Below are positions 7,757 through 18,196 of a DNA stretch of 27,524 nucleotides, in pieces (the stretch's first letter is position 1; every line of letters starts with the position of its first letter). The notes below the pieces were generated by a model. The model searched no databases, had not been told where the DNA came from, and was given only the letters and a program-made list of their open reading frames with translations. The DNA comes from Candidatus Zixiibacteriota bacterium. GTDB taxonomy: Bacteria; Zixibacteria; MSB-5A5; CAIYYT01. The position numbers and the translations under genes were made by a program. The stretch lies in the NCBI GenBank assembly GCA_040235515.1, contig JBECKX010000146.1, forward strand, positions 1 to 27,524. The letters are read 5' to 3'.

Positions 7757-8554
7757 ATGAAAAAGATACTTTTGCTGGCACTGGTTCTAAGCCTCTCGCT
7801 CGCCGGGAACGCTTTCTCAGTGCCGATGCTGTTTGATATCTGGGAGTTCAATCCCTACAATTGGAGCATGTCCTCGAAGACCCTGGTCGGCACGGTCAGT
7901 GCTTACACAGGTGCTCAGAGTGGCGTAGCCAATTACAACTACTATTCTGATTCCGGTCATCCGATCAACGGACCGACGCCGGCTCCTTACACCAGCAACG
8001 CCTGGCTCTATTATGGCAGCGACGGTCTTTCGTTCAACGTGATCCACGGCAAAGACAATGCCGGTGGCTACTATTGGAATCATGTCGAATGGGATCTGAT
8101 GTTCAAGGGTACGAGCGTCAATCCGCTGCTGCAGGATGACACGCCGGAGAACCAGGGAGAAGAGGGATTTCTCTATGCCGGCAGCACCCACGGCTATAAC
8201 CTGTGGCGCGCTGATTTCGCATACAAGAGAAACACCGACGGTGGTGTACTGGGTTTGAATCCTCAGGATTACTGTGACTGGAGCATGATCATCGCTCCGT
8301 GGTCGACCGGGGATGTGACCTCGATCAACTTCGGCAACGCCGGTGGCGCCAATCTCAATCTCTGGTCAGGTTCGAACAGCACCTATACCCATAACAGTCA
8401 CTGCTGGTCGAACGGCGGTTATGACAAGTGGTATGCGGTTACGGTGCACTGCGCTCCGGAAATCCCTGAGCCGGGTACGCTGATTCTGCTTGGTTCCGGC
8501 CTCCTGATGGGTGCCGGCGTTCTTCGCCGCAGGCAGCGTCACGATTCGAAGTAA
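7757..8554 (+). CDS. PEP-CTERM sorting-domain surface protein
   Basis: ATG 7757 after TAAGGAG, signal peptide MKKILLLALVLSLSLAGNAFS, Asn/Gly/Tyr/Trp-rich body, C-terminal IPEPGTLILLGSGLLMGAGVLRRR. Confidence 0.95.
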   Translation: MKKILLLALVLSLSLAGNAFSVPMLFDIWEFNPYNWSMSSKTLVGTVSAYTGAQSGVANYNYYSDSGHPINGPTPAPYTSNAWLYYGSDGLSFNVIHGKDNAGGYYWNHVEWDLMFKGTSVNPLLQDDTPENQGEEGFLYAGSTHGYNLWRADFAYKRNTDGGVLGLNPQDYCDWSMIIAPWSTGDVTSINFGNAGGANLNLWSGSNSTYTHNSHCWSNGGYDKWYAVTVHCAPEIPEPGTLILLGSGLLMGAGVLRRRQRHDSK

Positions 8555-8635
8555 GAGACTACTTTCAAGAGTCGCTTGATCGTGAATTGAAGGTCTTAAC
8601 CGACTTTCGAATATATCAACACTCTATTTCCCATT

Positions 8636-8673
8636 AAGCAGAGCGGTCTTCATGGCCGCTCTGCTTTTTGTTT
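8636..8673 (+). terminator. Intrinsic terminator after the PEP-CTERM gene, between convergent genes
   Basis: Hairpin AAGCAGAGCGG..CCGCTCTGCTT followed by a T-rich tract (TTTTTGTTT). Confidence 0.8.
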
Positions 8674-8766
8674 GTAGTTCGCCGGGCCAAGCAGTCCGAG
8701 AAGCTGCGATCTGAGGCTGAGGTAGTGGTGGGTTGCGCGGTTCAGCGGCGGGAGCGGGAATTGCTG

Positions 8767-10227
8767 TTACTTGCCGGCCGCCAATTCGAAGTAGAACGTG
8801 GTTCCTTTGTTCAGCTCCGAAGTGACTTTGATTTCGCTGCCATGCAGCTCGACGATTTTGTGGGCGATCGCCAGTCCGAGGCCGGTACCGGCTGAGTCTT
8901 TGCCGCGTTCCTTGCCTACGCGGTAGAAGCGATCGAAGATGTGGGGAAGATCTTCGGCGGGGATTCCGCAACCGGTGTCGGAGACGGCGATACGAACGTT
9001 ACCGTTGCTCGGCATCGGTTCGATCCTGACTTCCCCCTCCTCCGGGGTGTAGCGGATCGCGTTTTCGATCAGGTTGGTAAGTACCCGTTCGATCATCCCG
9101 ATGTCACCTGAGACCATCGGCAGTTGTCCCTTAAAATCCGCCTTGAGCTTGATATGCTTCTTTTCTGCATTATTGCGGAATTTCATGACAACATCCTGCG
9201 CCAGTTCGGAGATCGAGAACGGTTCCGTATGGGGCTGTACCTGCCGGGCATCCAGCTTCGACAACTCGAATAGCTCGTGTACCAGGCGATTGAGCTTTTC
9301 GACATTGCGCAGGCTGATATCGAGGAAGCGTTTGCGCTCATCATCGGAGAGTATCTCATACTTCATCAGGATCGTCTCGAGGTAACCCTGCACCGAGGCC
9401 AACGGACTGCGCAGGTCGTGCGAGACATTGGCGACCAGTTCGCGGCGCAGGTCATCGGTCCGTTTCAACTCCTCGATGTTGCCTGCGATCGTATCAGCCA
9501 TCTTGTTGAAGTTTGCAGCCAGTTGTCCCAGCTCATCGCTGGAGGTATTCTCGATCCGCGTATCAAGATGCCCCTGTTCGAATTGTCGCACCTTCTCGGT
9601 CACCGAGCGCAGCCGCCTGGTCATGAAGAAGAAGAGCACGAGACCGATCAGCGCCGTAGCCAGCAGGGAGATGATGATTCCGCGTGCGATCGTACGCATC
9701 AGGAATTGTTCCTGTAAGGCGGCCGAGGCGACATCATACTGCTCCCCACCCAGGATCACGTAAATGTAACCGTCGGTTGTTCCCTCGATTTTGATTGGGG
9801 CAACCGAGAATGGTTTGAGGCGTTCGGGGTTGCGCGGATCGGGACCGAGTACGGTTCTCTCTTCGCCATGATCGAAGAATTCCTCAATCGGTTTCAGCGG
9901 AACGGTGTCCAACTGCACAACCTTCCCAGCTTCGGCAAAGAACGCGAGTACCTCTCCGCGGCCACTCAGCAGATAGATTTCGATGCTGGGATTCATCACC
10001 ATCAGGTAATGCATCAGGTGCTCGATGCCGGGCATGTTGATGGTGTCATTCACCAATGGCTCGAATTCAACCGCGATATCTCTGGCGAGATCCCGGTTTA
10101 CTTTCTGTTCCGTTTCCCGCATCAGGCTCATGGCGGAATCGACTGTGGTGAGCACCTGCACGATCCCCGCGATGACAAGGAGTACGAGGAAACCGATTGA
10201 GAGCTTTACGTAGAATGAACGAAACAT
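8767..10227 (-). CDS. HAMP-domain sensor histidine kinase
   Basis: Two TMs, HAMP (DELGQLAANFNKMA), H-box SHDLRSPL, N-box NLIENAIRY, G-boxes DTGCGI and GTGLGL. Confidence 0.96.
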   Translation of the reverse strand: MFRSFYVKLSIGFLVLLVIAGIVQVLTTVDSAMSLMRETEQKVNRDLARDIAVEFEPLVNDTINMPGIEHLMHYLMVMNPSIEIYLLSGRGEVLAFFAEAGKVVQLDTVPLKPIEEFFDHGEERTVLGPDPRNPERLKPFSVAPIKIEGTTDGYIYVILGGEQYDVASAALQEQFLMRTIARGIIISLLATALIGLVLFFFMTRRLRSVTEKVRQFEQGHLDTRIENTSSDELGQLAANFNKMADTIAGNIEELKRTDDLRRELVANVSHDLRSPLASVQGYLETILMKYEILSDDERKRFLDISLRNVEKLNRLVHELFELSKLDARQVQPHTEPFSISELAQDVVMKFRNNAEKKHIKLKADFKGQLPMVSGDIGMIERVLTNLIENAIRYTPEEGEVRIEPMPSNGNVRIAVSDTGCGIPAEDLPHIFDRFYRVGKERGKDSAGTGLGLAIAHKIVELHGSEIKVTSELNKGTTFYFELAAGK

Positions 10228-10252
10228 CGTGTAACGTCGGGACTAGTCGGAG

Positions 10253-10981
10253 CTAGTCGTCCAACTCCTCCAATTCAGCGAAGCGATAGCCATGCCCCCA
10301 GACAGTTTTGATGAAGCGCGGGTTCCCGGGATCAGACTCAATCTTGGTGCGCAACCTGTTGATATGGGTATTGACCGTGTGGTCGTAGCCGTCAAATTGA
10401 TACCCCCACACAATGTCGAGCAATTCACTGCGACTGTAGGCACGCCCCGGATTGCCGGCAAACAGCACCAGCAGGTCGTATTCCTTCACCGTCAGATCAA
10501 GTGCTTCACCGTTCAGGAGAACCTTGCGCTTTTCCAGGTCTATCTTGAGCGCTCCACGCTCAATAGTTTTCTCAGCACCCTGGCCGCTTCCGCCTTTTGC
10601 GCCCTGCAATTCACCGCGCCGCAGCAGGGCTTTGACGCGAGCAAGCAGTTCACGAATCGAGAACGGCTTGGTGAGATAGTCATCCGCACCCAGCTCCAGA
10701 CCGAGCACTTTGTCGAATTCTTCCGACCGGGCGGTGAGCATCAGGATCGGCGTGTTGCCGTCGTTGGCGCGAAGGCGCTTGCAAATCTCCAGACCATCGA
10801 GCCCCGGAAGCATCAAGTCGAGGATGATCAGGTCGTAGTTGCCTTGCCGGGCACGCTCCAGCCCGACATTGCCGTTCGGGACCGAGTCAAGCTTGTGTCC
10901 CAGATCGCGCAGATGCATCCCGACTAAGTCCGCTATCTCGGGATCGTCCTCTACCAGGAGGATATTTTTATCGGCTGTCAT
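10253..10981 (-). CDS. OmpR/PhoB-family response regulator
   Basis: LLVEDD, ILDLMLPG, LMLTA, GADDYLTKPF, winged helix TVNTHINRLRTKIE..TVWGHGYRF. Confidence 0.97.
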   Translation of the reverse strand: MTADKNILLVEDDPEIADLVGMHLRDLGHKLDSVPNGNVGLERARQGNYDLIILDLMLPGLDGLEICKRLRANDGNTPILMLTARSEEFDKVLGLELGADDYLTKPFSIRELLARVKALLRRGELQGAKGGSGQGAEKTIERGALKIDLEKRKVLLNGEALDLTVKEYDLLVLFAGNPGRAYSRSELLDIVWGYQFDGYDHTVNTHINRLRTKIESDPGNPRFIKTVWGHGYRFAELEELDD

Positions 10982-11108
10982 GGTAATTCCTTACAAATCC
11001 TCGAAACCGGCTCCGCCGGAGCCGAACTCACCTGCACTAATTGTAACCTTGCCGCCAAAGAAATCCTCACAAATCTCTAACGAAATTCGACTTTGTTAGC
11101 GTTTGCGG

Positions 11109-11441
11109 CTATACGCCGGGGATCTGGTCCAGGCTGGTGTAAACCGGCTTGCCCTGTCCTGCGATTAGCTCGCGCTCCCTATCTGCGCCGGGCGAGGGAG
11201 CGATGACCAGGATCGCGTCGCAGCGTCCCACTACTGCCAGCGAGATATCCATTATCGCCTGGTAGTCGTCATGCAGATCAACCCGGTCGATGACGGGGAG
11301 CGCACAATTGAGCCCGACAACCGGGATATGACCCATTTTGAGCACCTCGGCTGCGGCCTGATTGAGCCTGTCGAAGTTTAACTGTCTCTCTTCTGGAGTT
11401 GCTGCCGAAAATGGTCCGGCGACCGCGATCAACATTGTCAT
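11109..11441 (-). CDS. Small DUF4406 / nucleoside deoxyribosyltransferase-like fold protein
   Basis: Likely start ATG 11441. IAVAGPFS..F..LNQAA..GHIPV..RCDAILV..SPGADRE pattern resembles this fold family. Function unknown. Confidence 0.6.
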   Translation of the reverse strand: MTMLIAVAGPFSAATPEERQLNFDRLNQAAAEVLKMGHIPVVGLNCALPVIDRVDLHDDYQAIMDISLAVVGRCDAILVIAPSPGADRERELIAGQGKPVYTSLDQIPGV

Positions 11442-11640
11442 CGATTGTTCCCGGGGTGTATGGATATAGATTCGAGCTACACCATTATAATTGCAATCTT
11501 TTGGCCGAGAGGCAACGATCAACTTTTTACGCGGTACCATCTTAATGCGATTGCCTGCAGAGGCGATTTATCTCAACCTTTGGTTGAATGCAGCGTAGAA
11601 CAATCACACAACAACTAACCCAACCTAATGAATGGAGTAG

Positions 11641-12177
11641 ATGATGCACGATCTGGCAAAACCTACCGCCGAGATACTGAAAGTCTCCGGAATGATGTTC
11701 GACATCGGCTTTGAAGCGATCAACGAGGAGCAGAGCCGCAAACAGGTAGTTGACGGCGCCAACTCCAACACATGGTTTATGGGCCATATCATCACCTGCC
11801 GCTATCACACCGCGAACATGATGGGTCTGCAGGTCGAGGTGCCGTGGGACGGTATGTTCGATAAGAGCATCGCCGATGTTGATCAGCAGAAGATGCCTTC
11901 ACTGGCTGAGATGAAAAGAGCGTGGGATGAAATCAGCCCCAGGATGCTCGCGCGCCTCGAAGAGCTTGATGAGGAATTCCTCAATGCCGAACCCCCATTC
12001 AAGTTCCCGACAGAGAATCGGACCAACTGGTCGGCATTTGCGTTTATGGCGATGCATGAGGCGTACCATGTTGGACAGATGAGTCACAACCGGCGTGTCA
12101 TGGGAGTCGAGACGATTTTCAGTATCGCCATGAAGAAGATGAAGGAAGCTGCGAAGAATGCGGAAGCATCCGCCTAG
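11641..12177 (+). CDS. DinB/YfiT-family protein
   Basis: GGAG RBS. WxxGH (WFMGHI) and HEAYHVGQ supply the metal-binding His triad. Confidence 0.85.
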   Translation: MMHDLAKPTAEILKVSGMMFDIGFEAINEEQSRKQVVDGANSNTWFMGHIITCRYHTANMMGLQVEVPWDGMFDKSIADVDQQKMPSLAEMKRAWDEISPRMLARLEELDEEFLNAEPPFKFPTENRTNWSAFAFMAMHEAYHVGQMSHNRRVMGVETIFSIAMKKMKEAAKNAEASA

Positions 12178-12190
12178 TCAGGAGTTGAGG

Positions 12191-12673
12191 ATGCAGAAGA
12201 TAACGCCCTTTTTCTGGTTTGAGAGCAAGGCTGAGGAAGCGGCCGCATTCTATGTTTCGCTCTTTCCCAACTCGAAGATAATCAGAACCACCAGGTACAC
12301 GGCAGAGTCCGCCGCGAAGACGAAGCTGCCCGCGGGGTCGGTGATGACGGTAGAATTCGAGCTGGCGGGCCAGCGATTCGTAGCTTTCAATGGCGGGCCG
12401 ACGTTTCGATTTTCACCGGCGACCTCCTGGGTGATTAACTGCGATACGCAGGAGGAGCTTGACCACTACTGGGAGAAGCTGCTTGATGGAGGAACGGCGA
12501 TGATGTGCGGTTGGCTCGACGACAGGTATGGCATCACCTGGCAGATAGTCCCCACAATATTGAATCATTTTCTCGCGCAGGGTGGTGCGGTAGCCGAGCG
12601 GGTTACAGCGGCGTTTCTGGAGATGGAGAAATTTGATATTGCGGCGCTCGAGAGGGCGGCTGGAGGGGATTGA
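12191..12673 (+). CDS. VOC-family (PhnB / 3-dmu-9_3-mt-like) protein
   Basis: ATG 12191 after GGAG. MQKITPFFWF..AEEAAAFYVSLF..AFNGGP.F..CGWLDDRYGITWQIVP. Confidence 0.92.
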   Translation: MQKITPFFWFESKAEEAAAFYVSLFPNSKIIRTTRYTAESAAKTKLPAGSVMTVEFELAGQRFVAFNGGPTFRFSPATSWVINCDTQEELDHYWEKLLDGGTAMMCGWLDDRYGITWQIVPTILNHFLAQGGAVAERVTAAFLEMEKFDIAALERAAGGD

Positions 12674-12740
12674 GTCACGCGGCTGGGATGCTCGACACGG
12701 GGTGCCGTGCCCTGTCAGTGACAGAAACTGGCAAATGTGA

Positions 12741-12769
12741 TTGCAGATGCGAAAATCGCTCCGTATATT
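12741..12769 (+). promoter_or_regulatory. Sigma-70-type promoter for uvrA
   Basis: TTGCAG-N17-TATATT ending 46 bp before the TTG start. Confidence 0.55.
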
Positions 12770-12815
12770 TTCAGATTGCCGCAAAAGGCGACCGTGACAG
12801 ATTTCGGAGGAGATT

Positions 12816-15710
12816 TTGGCTGCTGGATATATCACCATACAAGGCGCGCGCGAACACAATCTGCGCAACATCGATTTGAAAATCCCGCGTGACAAGCTGG
12901 TTGTCGTTACCGGCCTGTCAGGCTCGGGTAAATCATCACTCGCATTTGACACAATTTACGCCGAGGGGCAGCGTCGCTATGTCGAATCGCTTTCGGCCTA
13001 TGCCCGGCAATTCCTCGGGTTAATGGAGAAGCCTGATCTCGACTTCATCGATGGCTTATCCCCGGCGATCTCGATCGAGCAACGTTCGGCATCGAAGAAT
13101 CCACGCTCCACCGTGGGAACTGTCACCGAGATCTATGACTACCTGCGCCTGCTCTTTGCGCGGATCGGAGAGCCACACTGTTACATCTGCGGCTCGAAGA
13201 TTGCACAGCAGACGGTGTCACAGATTGTTGACCATGTGATGGAGTACCCCGAAAACAGCCGAATCCAGATTCTGGCGCCGCTGGTACGCGGACGTAAGGG
13301 GGAGCATAAGGAAGTTATCGAAGAGGTGAAGAAGCAGGGCTTCATGCGTCTGCGGGTTGATGGCGAGCCGACGGATGTAGAGACTGAGCTGAATCTCGAC
13401 AAGAAGAAGAAACACACGATCGAGGTCATCGTCGATCGACTTGTAGTGAAACCGAAGATCAGCGGTAGGCTGGCGGATTCACTTGAAACGGCGGTCAATC
13501 TGGCCGGCGGTGTGGTGGGAATCCTCAATGGTGAGGGTGACACGAGAATCTTCTCGACTGAGTATGGTTGCCCCAACTGCGACATCTCTTTCGAAGAGCT
13601 CTCGCCGCGCATGTTCTCTTTCAATTCACCCTATGGCGCCTGCACCGGCTGCAGTGGACTGGGCCACAAGATGGAGGTTGACCCGGAACGCATCGTGCCG
13701 GATCAATCGTTGTCGCTTAATGAAGGGGCGATTCACCCGTGGCGCTCCGACATGGCCAATTGGTACCGCGTGATGCTGCGAGGGGTGGCTGAAAATCTCG
13801 GATTCAAGTTCACGACACCATTTGCGAATCTGACGGAGCAGCAGAAACAAGCTGTGCTGTATGGGATCGACAAGGAGTTGACCTTCAACTACGAGTCGCG
13901 CCAGGGCAAGCACAAGGGGCAATACAAGGGCAAGTTCGAGGGTGTGATCCCGAATCTGGAACGTCGTTACATGCAGACGGAATCTTCGAGCATCCGCAAC
14001 TGGATCGAGACGTATATGCGAATGTCGCCGTGTAATATTTGTGGCGGCACCCGTTTGAAGCGTGAGGCCAACTCGGTTTTTGTCGGTAAGAAATCGATTT
14101 CCGATGTCACCGCCCTTTCGGTAAAGCGTGCGCATCAGTTCTTCGAGGAACTGAAGCTGACTCAGAAGCAAACCACGATTGCCAAACAGGTGTTGAAGGA
14201 GATTCGCGACCGGCTGGGATTTCTGGTCAATGTGGGGCTCGACTATCTGACGCTCGACCGGCAGGCGTCGACGCTGTCGGGTGGTGAGGCACAACGCATT
14301 CGACTGGCGACTCAGATTGGCTCGCGCCTGGTGGGCGTGCTCTACATCCTGGACGAACCCTCGATCGGGCTGCATCAGCGCGACAATGAAAGACTGCTCA
14401 ACACCCTGCTTGAGCTGCGCGATCTCGGCAATACGGTGCTCGTAGTTGAACATGATCGAGACACGATCGAGAGGGCGGATTATGTGATCGATCTGGGACC
14501 GGGTGCCGGCAAGAACGGCGGTAAAGTCGTGTTCGCGGGCACTCCGAAGCAGATCGTGCGCAGTTCGAAGTCACTGACGGGACAATATATCTCCCGCTCG
14601 AAGAATATCGCCGTGCCTAAGGAAAGGCGAGCCGGCAACGGCAAGTTTATCTCGTTGCGAGGGGCGACGGGCAACAATCTCAAGAATGTCGACGTGGATG
14701 TACCCGTCGGGGTCTTTGCCTGCGTAACGGGGGTCTCCGGTTCGGGCAAGTCAACCCTGATCAATGAGACGCTCTATCGGATCCTGGCCCGGCACTTCTG
14801 GGATGCCAAGCGCGAGCCGCTGCCGCATAAGGAAGTTAAGGGTCTCGAAAACATCGACAAGGTGATTGAAATCGACCAGTCCCCCATCGGCCGCACTCCA
14901 CGTTCTAACCCGGCGACATATACCGGTACCTTCACCTATATTCGCGACCTCTTCGCGCAATTGCCGGACTCCAAGATCCGCGGTTATAAACCGGGGCGCT
15001 TCAGTTTCAATGTCAAGGGTGGGCGTTGTGAAGCCTGTCAGGGGGATGGTATCATCAAGATCGAGATGCACTTCCTGCCGGATGTCTATGTCCCGTGCGA
15101 GGTGTGCCATGGGAAACGTTACAACCGCGAGACGCTGGAGATTAAGTACAAAGGAAAATCAATCGCCGAAGTACTCGACATGACGGTCGAGGAAGCGGTG
15201 AAGTTCTTCGCGTCGATTCCACCACTGAAAAAGAAACTCTCAGTATTGCAGCAGGTGGGGCTGGGGTACATTCATCTCGGACAGCAGGCGACAACCCTTT
15301 CGGGTGGTGAAGCACAGCGGGTTAAGCTGGCGACGGAGCTGTCAAAGACTGCAACCGGGAATACGATGTACATCCTCGACGAACCTACGACCGGCCTGCA
15401 TTTCGAGGATATCAAGATGCTGCTCCAGGTATTGAATAAACTGGTGGATCGCGGCAACTCGGTTGTGGTGATCGAGCATAATCTTGATGTGATTAAAACG
15501 GCTGACTATATCATCGATCTCGGTCCCGAGGGTGGCGACGATGGTGGTTGCATAATTGCCACCGGCACACCGGAAGAAGTCGCGGCCAACAAGAACTCTT
15601 TTACGGGTCGGTTCCTGAAGGAAGAGTTGAAGCTTGATAGCCGGTCGCGTGCGAACTCGAAGCGATCGGGGCGCAAGGCCAGGGCAGCCGCAACCGCAGC
15701 CGCAGACTGA
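12816..15710 (+). CDS. uvrA: Excinuclease ABC subunit A
   Basis: GAREHNL, two Walker A motifs ([18 protein letters not shown]), two LSGGEAQR, two LDEP, CxxC zinc modules, [16 protein letters not shown] and TTG start. Confidence 0.99.
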   Translation: MAAGYITIQGAREHNLRNIDLKIPRDKLVVVTGLSGSGKSSLAFDTIYAEGQRRYVESLSAYARQFLGLMEKPDLDFIDGLSPAISIEQRSASKNPRSTVGTVTEIYDYLRLLFARIGEPHCYICGSKIAQQTVSQIVDHVMEYPENSRIQILAPLVRGRKGEHKEVIEEVKKQGFMRLRVDGEPTDVETELNLDKKKKHTIEVIVDRLVVKPKISGRLADSLETAVNLAGGVVGILNGEGDTRIFSTEYGCPNCDISFEELSPRMFSFNSPYGACTGCSGLGHKMEVDPERIVPDQSLSLNEGAIHPWRSDMANWYRVMLRGVAENLGFKFTTPFANLTEQQKQAVLYGIDKELTFNYESRQGKHKGQYKGKFEGVIPNLERRYMQTESSSIRNWIETYMRMSPCNICGGTRLKREANSVFVGKKSISDVTALSVKRAHQFFEELKLTQKQTTIAKQVLKEIRDRLGFLVNVGLDYLTLDRQASTLSGGEAQRIRLATQIGSRLVGVLYILDEPSIGLHQRDNERLLNTLLELRDLGNTVLVVEHDRDTIERADYVIDLGPGAGKNGGKVVFAGTPKQIVRSSKSLTGQYISRSKNIAVPKERRAGNGKFISLRGATGNNLKNVDVDVPVGVFACVTGVSGSGKSTLINETLYRILARHFWDAKREPLPHKEVKGLENIDKVIEIDQSPIGRTPRSNPATYTGTFTYIRDLFAQLPDSKIRGYKPGRFSFNVKGGRCEACQGDGIIKIEMHFLPDVYVPCEVCHGKRYNRETLEIKYKGKSIAEVLDMTVEEAVKFFASIPPLKKKLSVLQQVGLGYIHLGQQATTLSGGEAQRVKLATELSKTATGNTMYILDEPTTGLHFEDIKMLLQVLNKLVDRGNSVVVIEHNLDVIKTADYIIDLGPEGGDDGGCIIATGTPEEVAANKNSFTGRFLKEELKLDSRSRANSKRSGRKARAAATAAAD

Positions 15711-15740
15711 TCACCCGCACTCTTCTTCGCCTCCAGTCCC

Positions 15741-17408
15741 TCACACTTGCGCCGTGAACTCCAACTTCGCGGCGCGCTTGGGCAGAACCCGCCTGAGAGT
15801 TTGCTGCAGCAGGTAGTTCAGCAGCAGTGCAACGACGAGAGAGATTGCGTATCCGAGGTAGCCCCCGTAGCCGAGATTCGACACAACCGCCATCGGGATG
15901 ATCATCAGCAGCATTCCGCCAATTATCATCGTAAACATCGACATGCTTCGCTGCCCGGCTCGCGGCGGCTGTGAGAAAGGGATGCGGGGGTAGAGTAACA
16001 CCATCAGCTTCGTCGTGATCATCAGCACGACGTAAATCGCTACGCAATGCAGAAATGCATGCAGCAGGTCGTGGAAGAACCAGGTGAACACTCCAACCAG
16101 CAGGATGGCAAAGGGGAGACAGAAATAGACCAGGGCAAAGCGGGCGCTCGCCATGATGATATTCGCGCGGTCGGCGGGTGAAGTGTAAAAGACCCAGGCG
16201 CTACGATAAGACTCGCTGTTGACGGTTCCGACGATAACCATAAAGGGTAGCATGGCGATGGCGACATAGAGCAGGAAGTTGGTGCCCTGTTCCGCGTCCT
16301 GAAGTGCAACGGAGAAGGGGTCGAGCATAGTCTGGCCATCCGAGAGACCCATGAAGATATAGAAAGCCGCGAGCGGGATAATCGTGAGGATGGATACTTT
16401 GAAGCGGTTGTCATGTTTGAACTGCTTGCGGATCAGGCTCCAGACGGCGCGATCCTCATGATTGGAGAATTGAGTCAACAGTCTCGAAAACACACCACGC
16501 TTGCGGTGTGCCGCTGCGTTCTCCTGCTCGGTAACAGTGTTTGAAAGGGTGTGGGCGTATGAGAGTGAAAGTTTCGAGCTGGCAGTCCTCCAGGAGAGGA
16601 GCAGGATCGCGACGGCCGCAACCGCACTCACCAGGTCAGCGGGTAACAGATCCCCGGCCGGGAGCTTGGCGACGGATGCAAACCACGCCGGCGGCCAGGC
16701 ATAGAACCAGTTCGAGTGGAATTCACGGAGGTAGAGGAAAGCTTCCTTCCCCAACAACCGGGGCACGCCGAGATATCCACCGTAGATTAAGAAAATCAAT
16801 AGCAACTGCGCGTAAGCAAGCACCCGTTGCATCGTATCACGATTCACGATTTTGAGTGCCAGCGTGTAGAGCACGGCGAACAGCAGCCCTATCGTGGTGG
16901 TGAGCATCAAACCGCCGAGGAACACGGAGAAGAAAAGGAAGGCGTTGCCGGCGGCTATGGCGATCGTGACGGATGAGGGGAGGTACATGATCATCCCCAG
17001 CACATTGACATAGGCGAGCAGATGGATCAGCTTCGCCGCGAAGAAGGTCTTCGACCCAACGGGGCGTGCTGCGATGATGGGATATTCGTCGGGGCTGAGG
17101 ATCAGGTTCGAGAATTCCAGCAGCACGAGGATCGCAATGAATACGGTGACGACCGTATAGATGGTGATCGCCATGATGTAGGGTTGATTGACCGCGAGCG
17201 ACACCGCAGCAAGCAGCACCGCTATGATCACTTTGAAAAAGACGAGAAACAGAATCGGGGGAAACTTGCTTTCGGAACTGCCAGAGGTCTGAAGCGGGTT
17301 GCTCGATCCGCGCAGATCGGTTTTCCAGGCTGCTTTGAGCAGCGCCTTCAACTGCCGCTTATCGATTCTGTTATCGGAGAATGTGGTTTCACGCAGGTCT
17401 GTCATCAT
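15741..17408 (-). CDS. ABC exporter permease (large multi-TM membrane subunit)
   Basis: Many hydrophobic segments in two halves, DEYPIIAARPV coupling-type motif, directly downstream of the ABC ATPase. Start at ATG 17408 or 17405. Confidence 0.8.
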   Translation of the reverse strand: MMTDLRETTFSDNRIDKRQLKALLKAAWKTDLRGSSNPLQTSGSSESKFPPILFLVFFKVIIAVLLAAVSLAVNQPYIMAITIYTVVTVFIAILVLLEFSNLILSPDEYPIIAARPVGSKTFFAAKLIHLLAYVNVLGMIMYLPSSVTIAIAAGNAFLFFSVFLGGLMLTTTIGLLFAVLYTLALKIVNRDTMQRVLAYAQLLLIFLIYGGYLGVPRLLGKEAFLYLREFHSNWFYAWPPAWFASVAKLPAGDLLPADLVSAVAAVAILLLSWRTASSKLSLSYAHTLSNTVTEQENAAAHRKRGVFSRLLTQFSNHEDRAVWSLIRKQFKHDNRFKVSILTIIPLAAFYIFMGLSDGQTMLDPFSVALQDAEQGTNFLLYVAIAMLPFMVIVGTVNSESYRSAWVFYTSPADRANIIMASARFALVYFCLPFAILLVGVFTWFFHDLLHAFLHCVAIYVVLMITTKLMVLLYPRIPFSQPPRAGQRSMSMFTMIIGGMLLMIIPMAVVSNLGYGGYLGYAISLVVALLLNYLLQQTLRRVLPKRAAKLEFTAQV

Positions 17409-17422
17409 CCCTCCGCCTCGCA

Positions 17423-18196
17423 CTAGCGATCGCGATCCTCGATGGCATCGAGGATACCGCGCGCCTGCGTGTCGATATCTGTAGCGCCCGTAAGCTTGTT
17501 GAAAGCAGCGCTGAGGGTATCGGCACTCACCTTGGCGGTGATCTCCTGGGGAGTACCCTCTACGAGTTTCTTGCCATGGTGAATGATCATCAGCCTGTCG
17601 CAGAGCCGCTCGACGACTTCCAGGATATGCGAGCAGAAGATGACGACTCGTCGCTCGCGCACGAACTCTTTGATCAATTGCCGAATCACCGACTGCACGT
17701 TGGCATCAAGCCCAGACATTGGCTCATCGAGGATCAGGACACGCGGGTTGTGAATAATCGCGCCGGCCAGCAACAGCCGTTGTTTCATTCCCTTGGAATA
17801 ACCGGCAATCCGCTTGTCGGCAGCTTCCTTCAACTCGATCGCACCCAGGAGACGCTCCACCTGTCTATCGATGCCGGCGGGCGACATGTGGTGGAGATTG
17901 CAGACCATTTCGAGGTGCTCGCGGCCGGTGAGGTTTTCGTACAACGCGCTCGATTCCGGGACGTAACCGAGGTCAGACTTGACCTTGAGCGAATCGGCCA
18001 GGGCGTCGAGACCATTGATCTCGATCTGTCCGGCATCAGGTTTGAGCATGCCAACCATCATTTTGACGGTCGTGGTTTTTCCGGCGCCGTTCGGGCCGAG
18101 CATACCGAAAACCTCTCCTTCCTCTATTTGAAAGGAGATGTTGTCCACCGCCCTGAGCTTGTCGAAACTCTTTTCCAGATTGGTGACTTTAATCAT
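17423..18196 (-). CDS. ABC transporter ATP-binding protein (ABC-2/DrrA type)
   Basis: GPNGAGKTT, YSKGMKQR, ILDEP, FCSH. Confidence 0.96.
   Translation of the reverse strand: MIKVTNLEKSFDKLRAVDNISFQIEEGEVFGMLGPNGAGKTTTVKMMVGMLKPDAGQIEINGLDALADSLKVKSDLGYVPESSALYENLTGREHLEMVCNLHHMSPAGIDRQVERLLGAIELKEAADKRIAGYSKGMKQRLLLAGAIIHNPRVLILDEPMSGLDANVQSVIRQLIKEFVRERRVVIFCSHILEVVERLCDRLMIIHHGKKLVEGTPQEITAKVSADTLSAAFNKLTGATDIDTQARGILDAIEDRDR

Noticed and set aside
13626..14453. 275-aa minus-strand ORF
   Set aside because: Antisense shadow inside uvrA.
15630..15710. Basic, Ala-rich C-terminal tail of UvrA
   Set aside because: Variable low-complexity tails are common on UvrA and nothing here points to a function.
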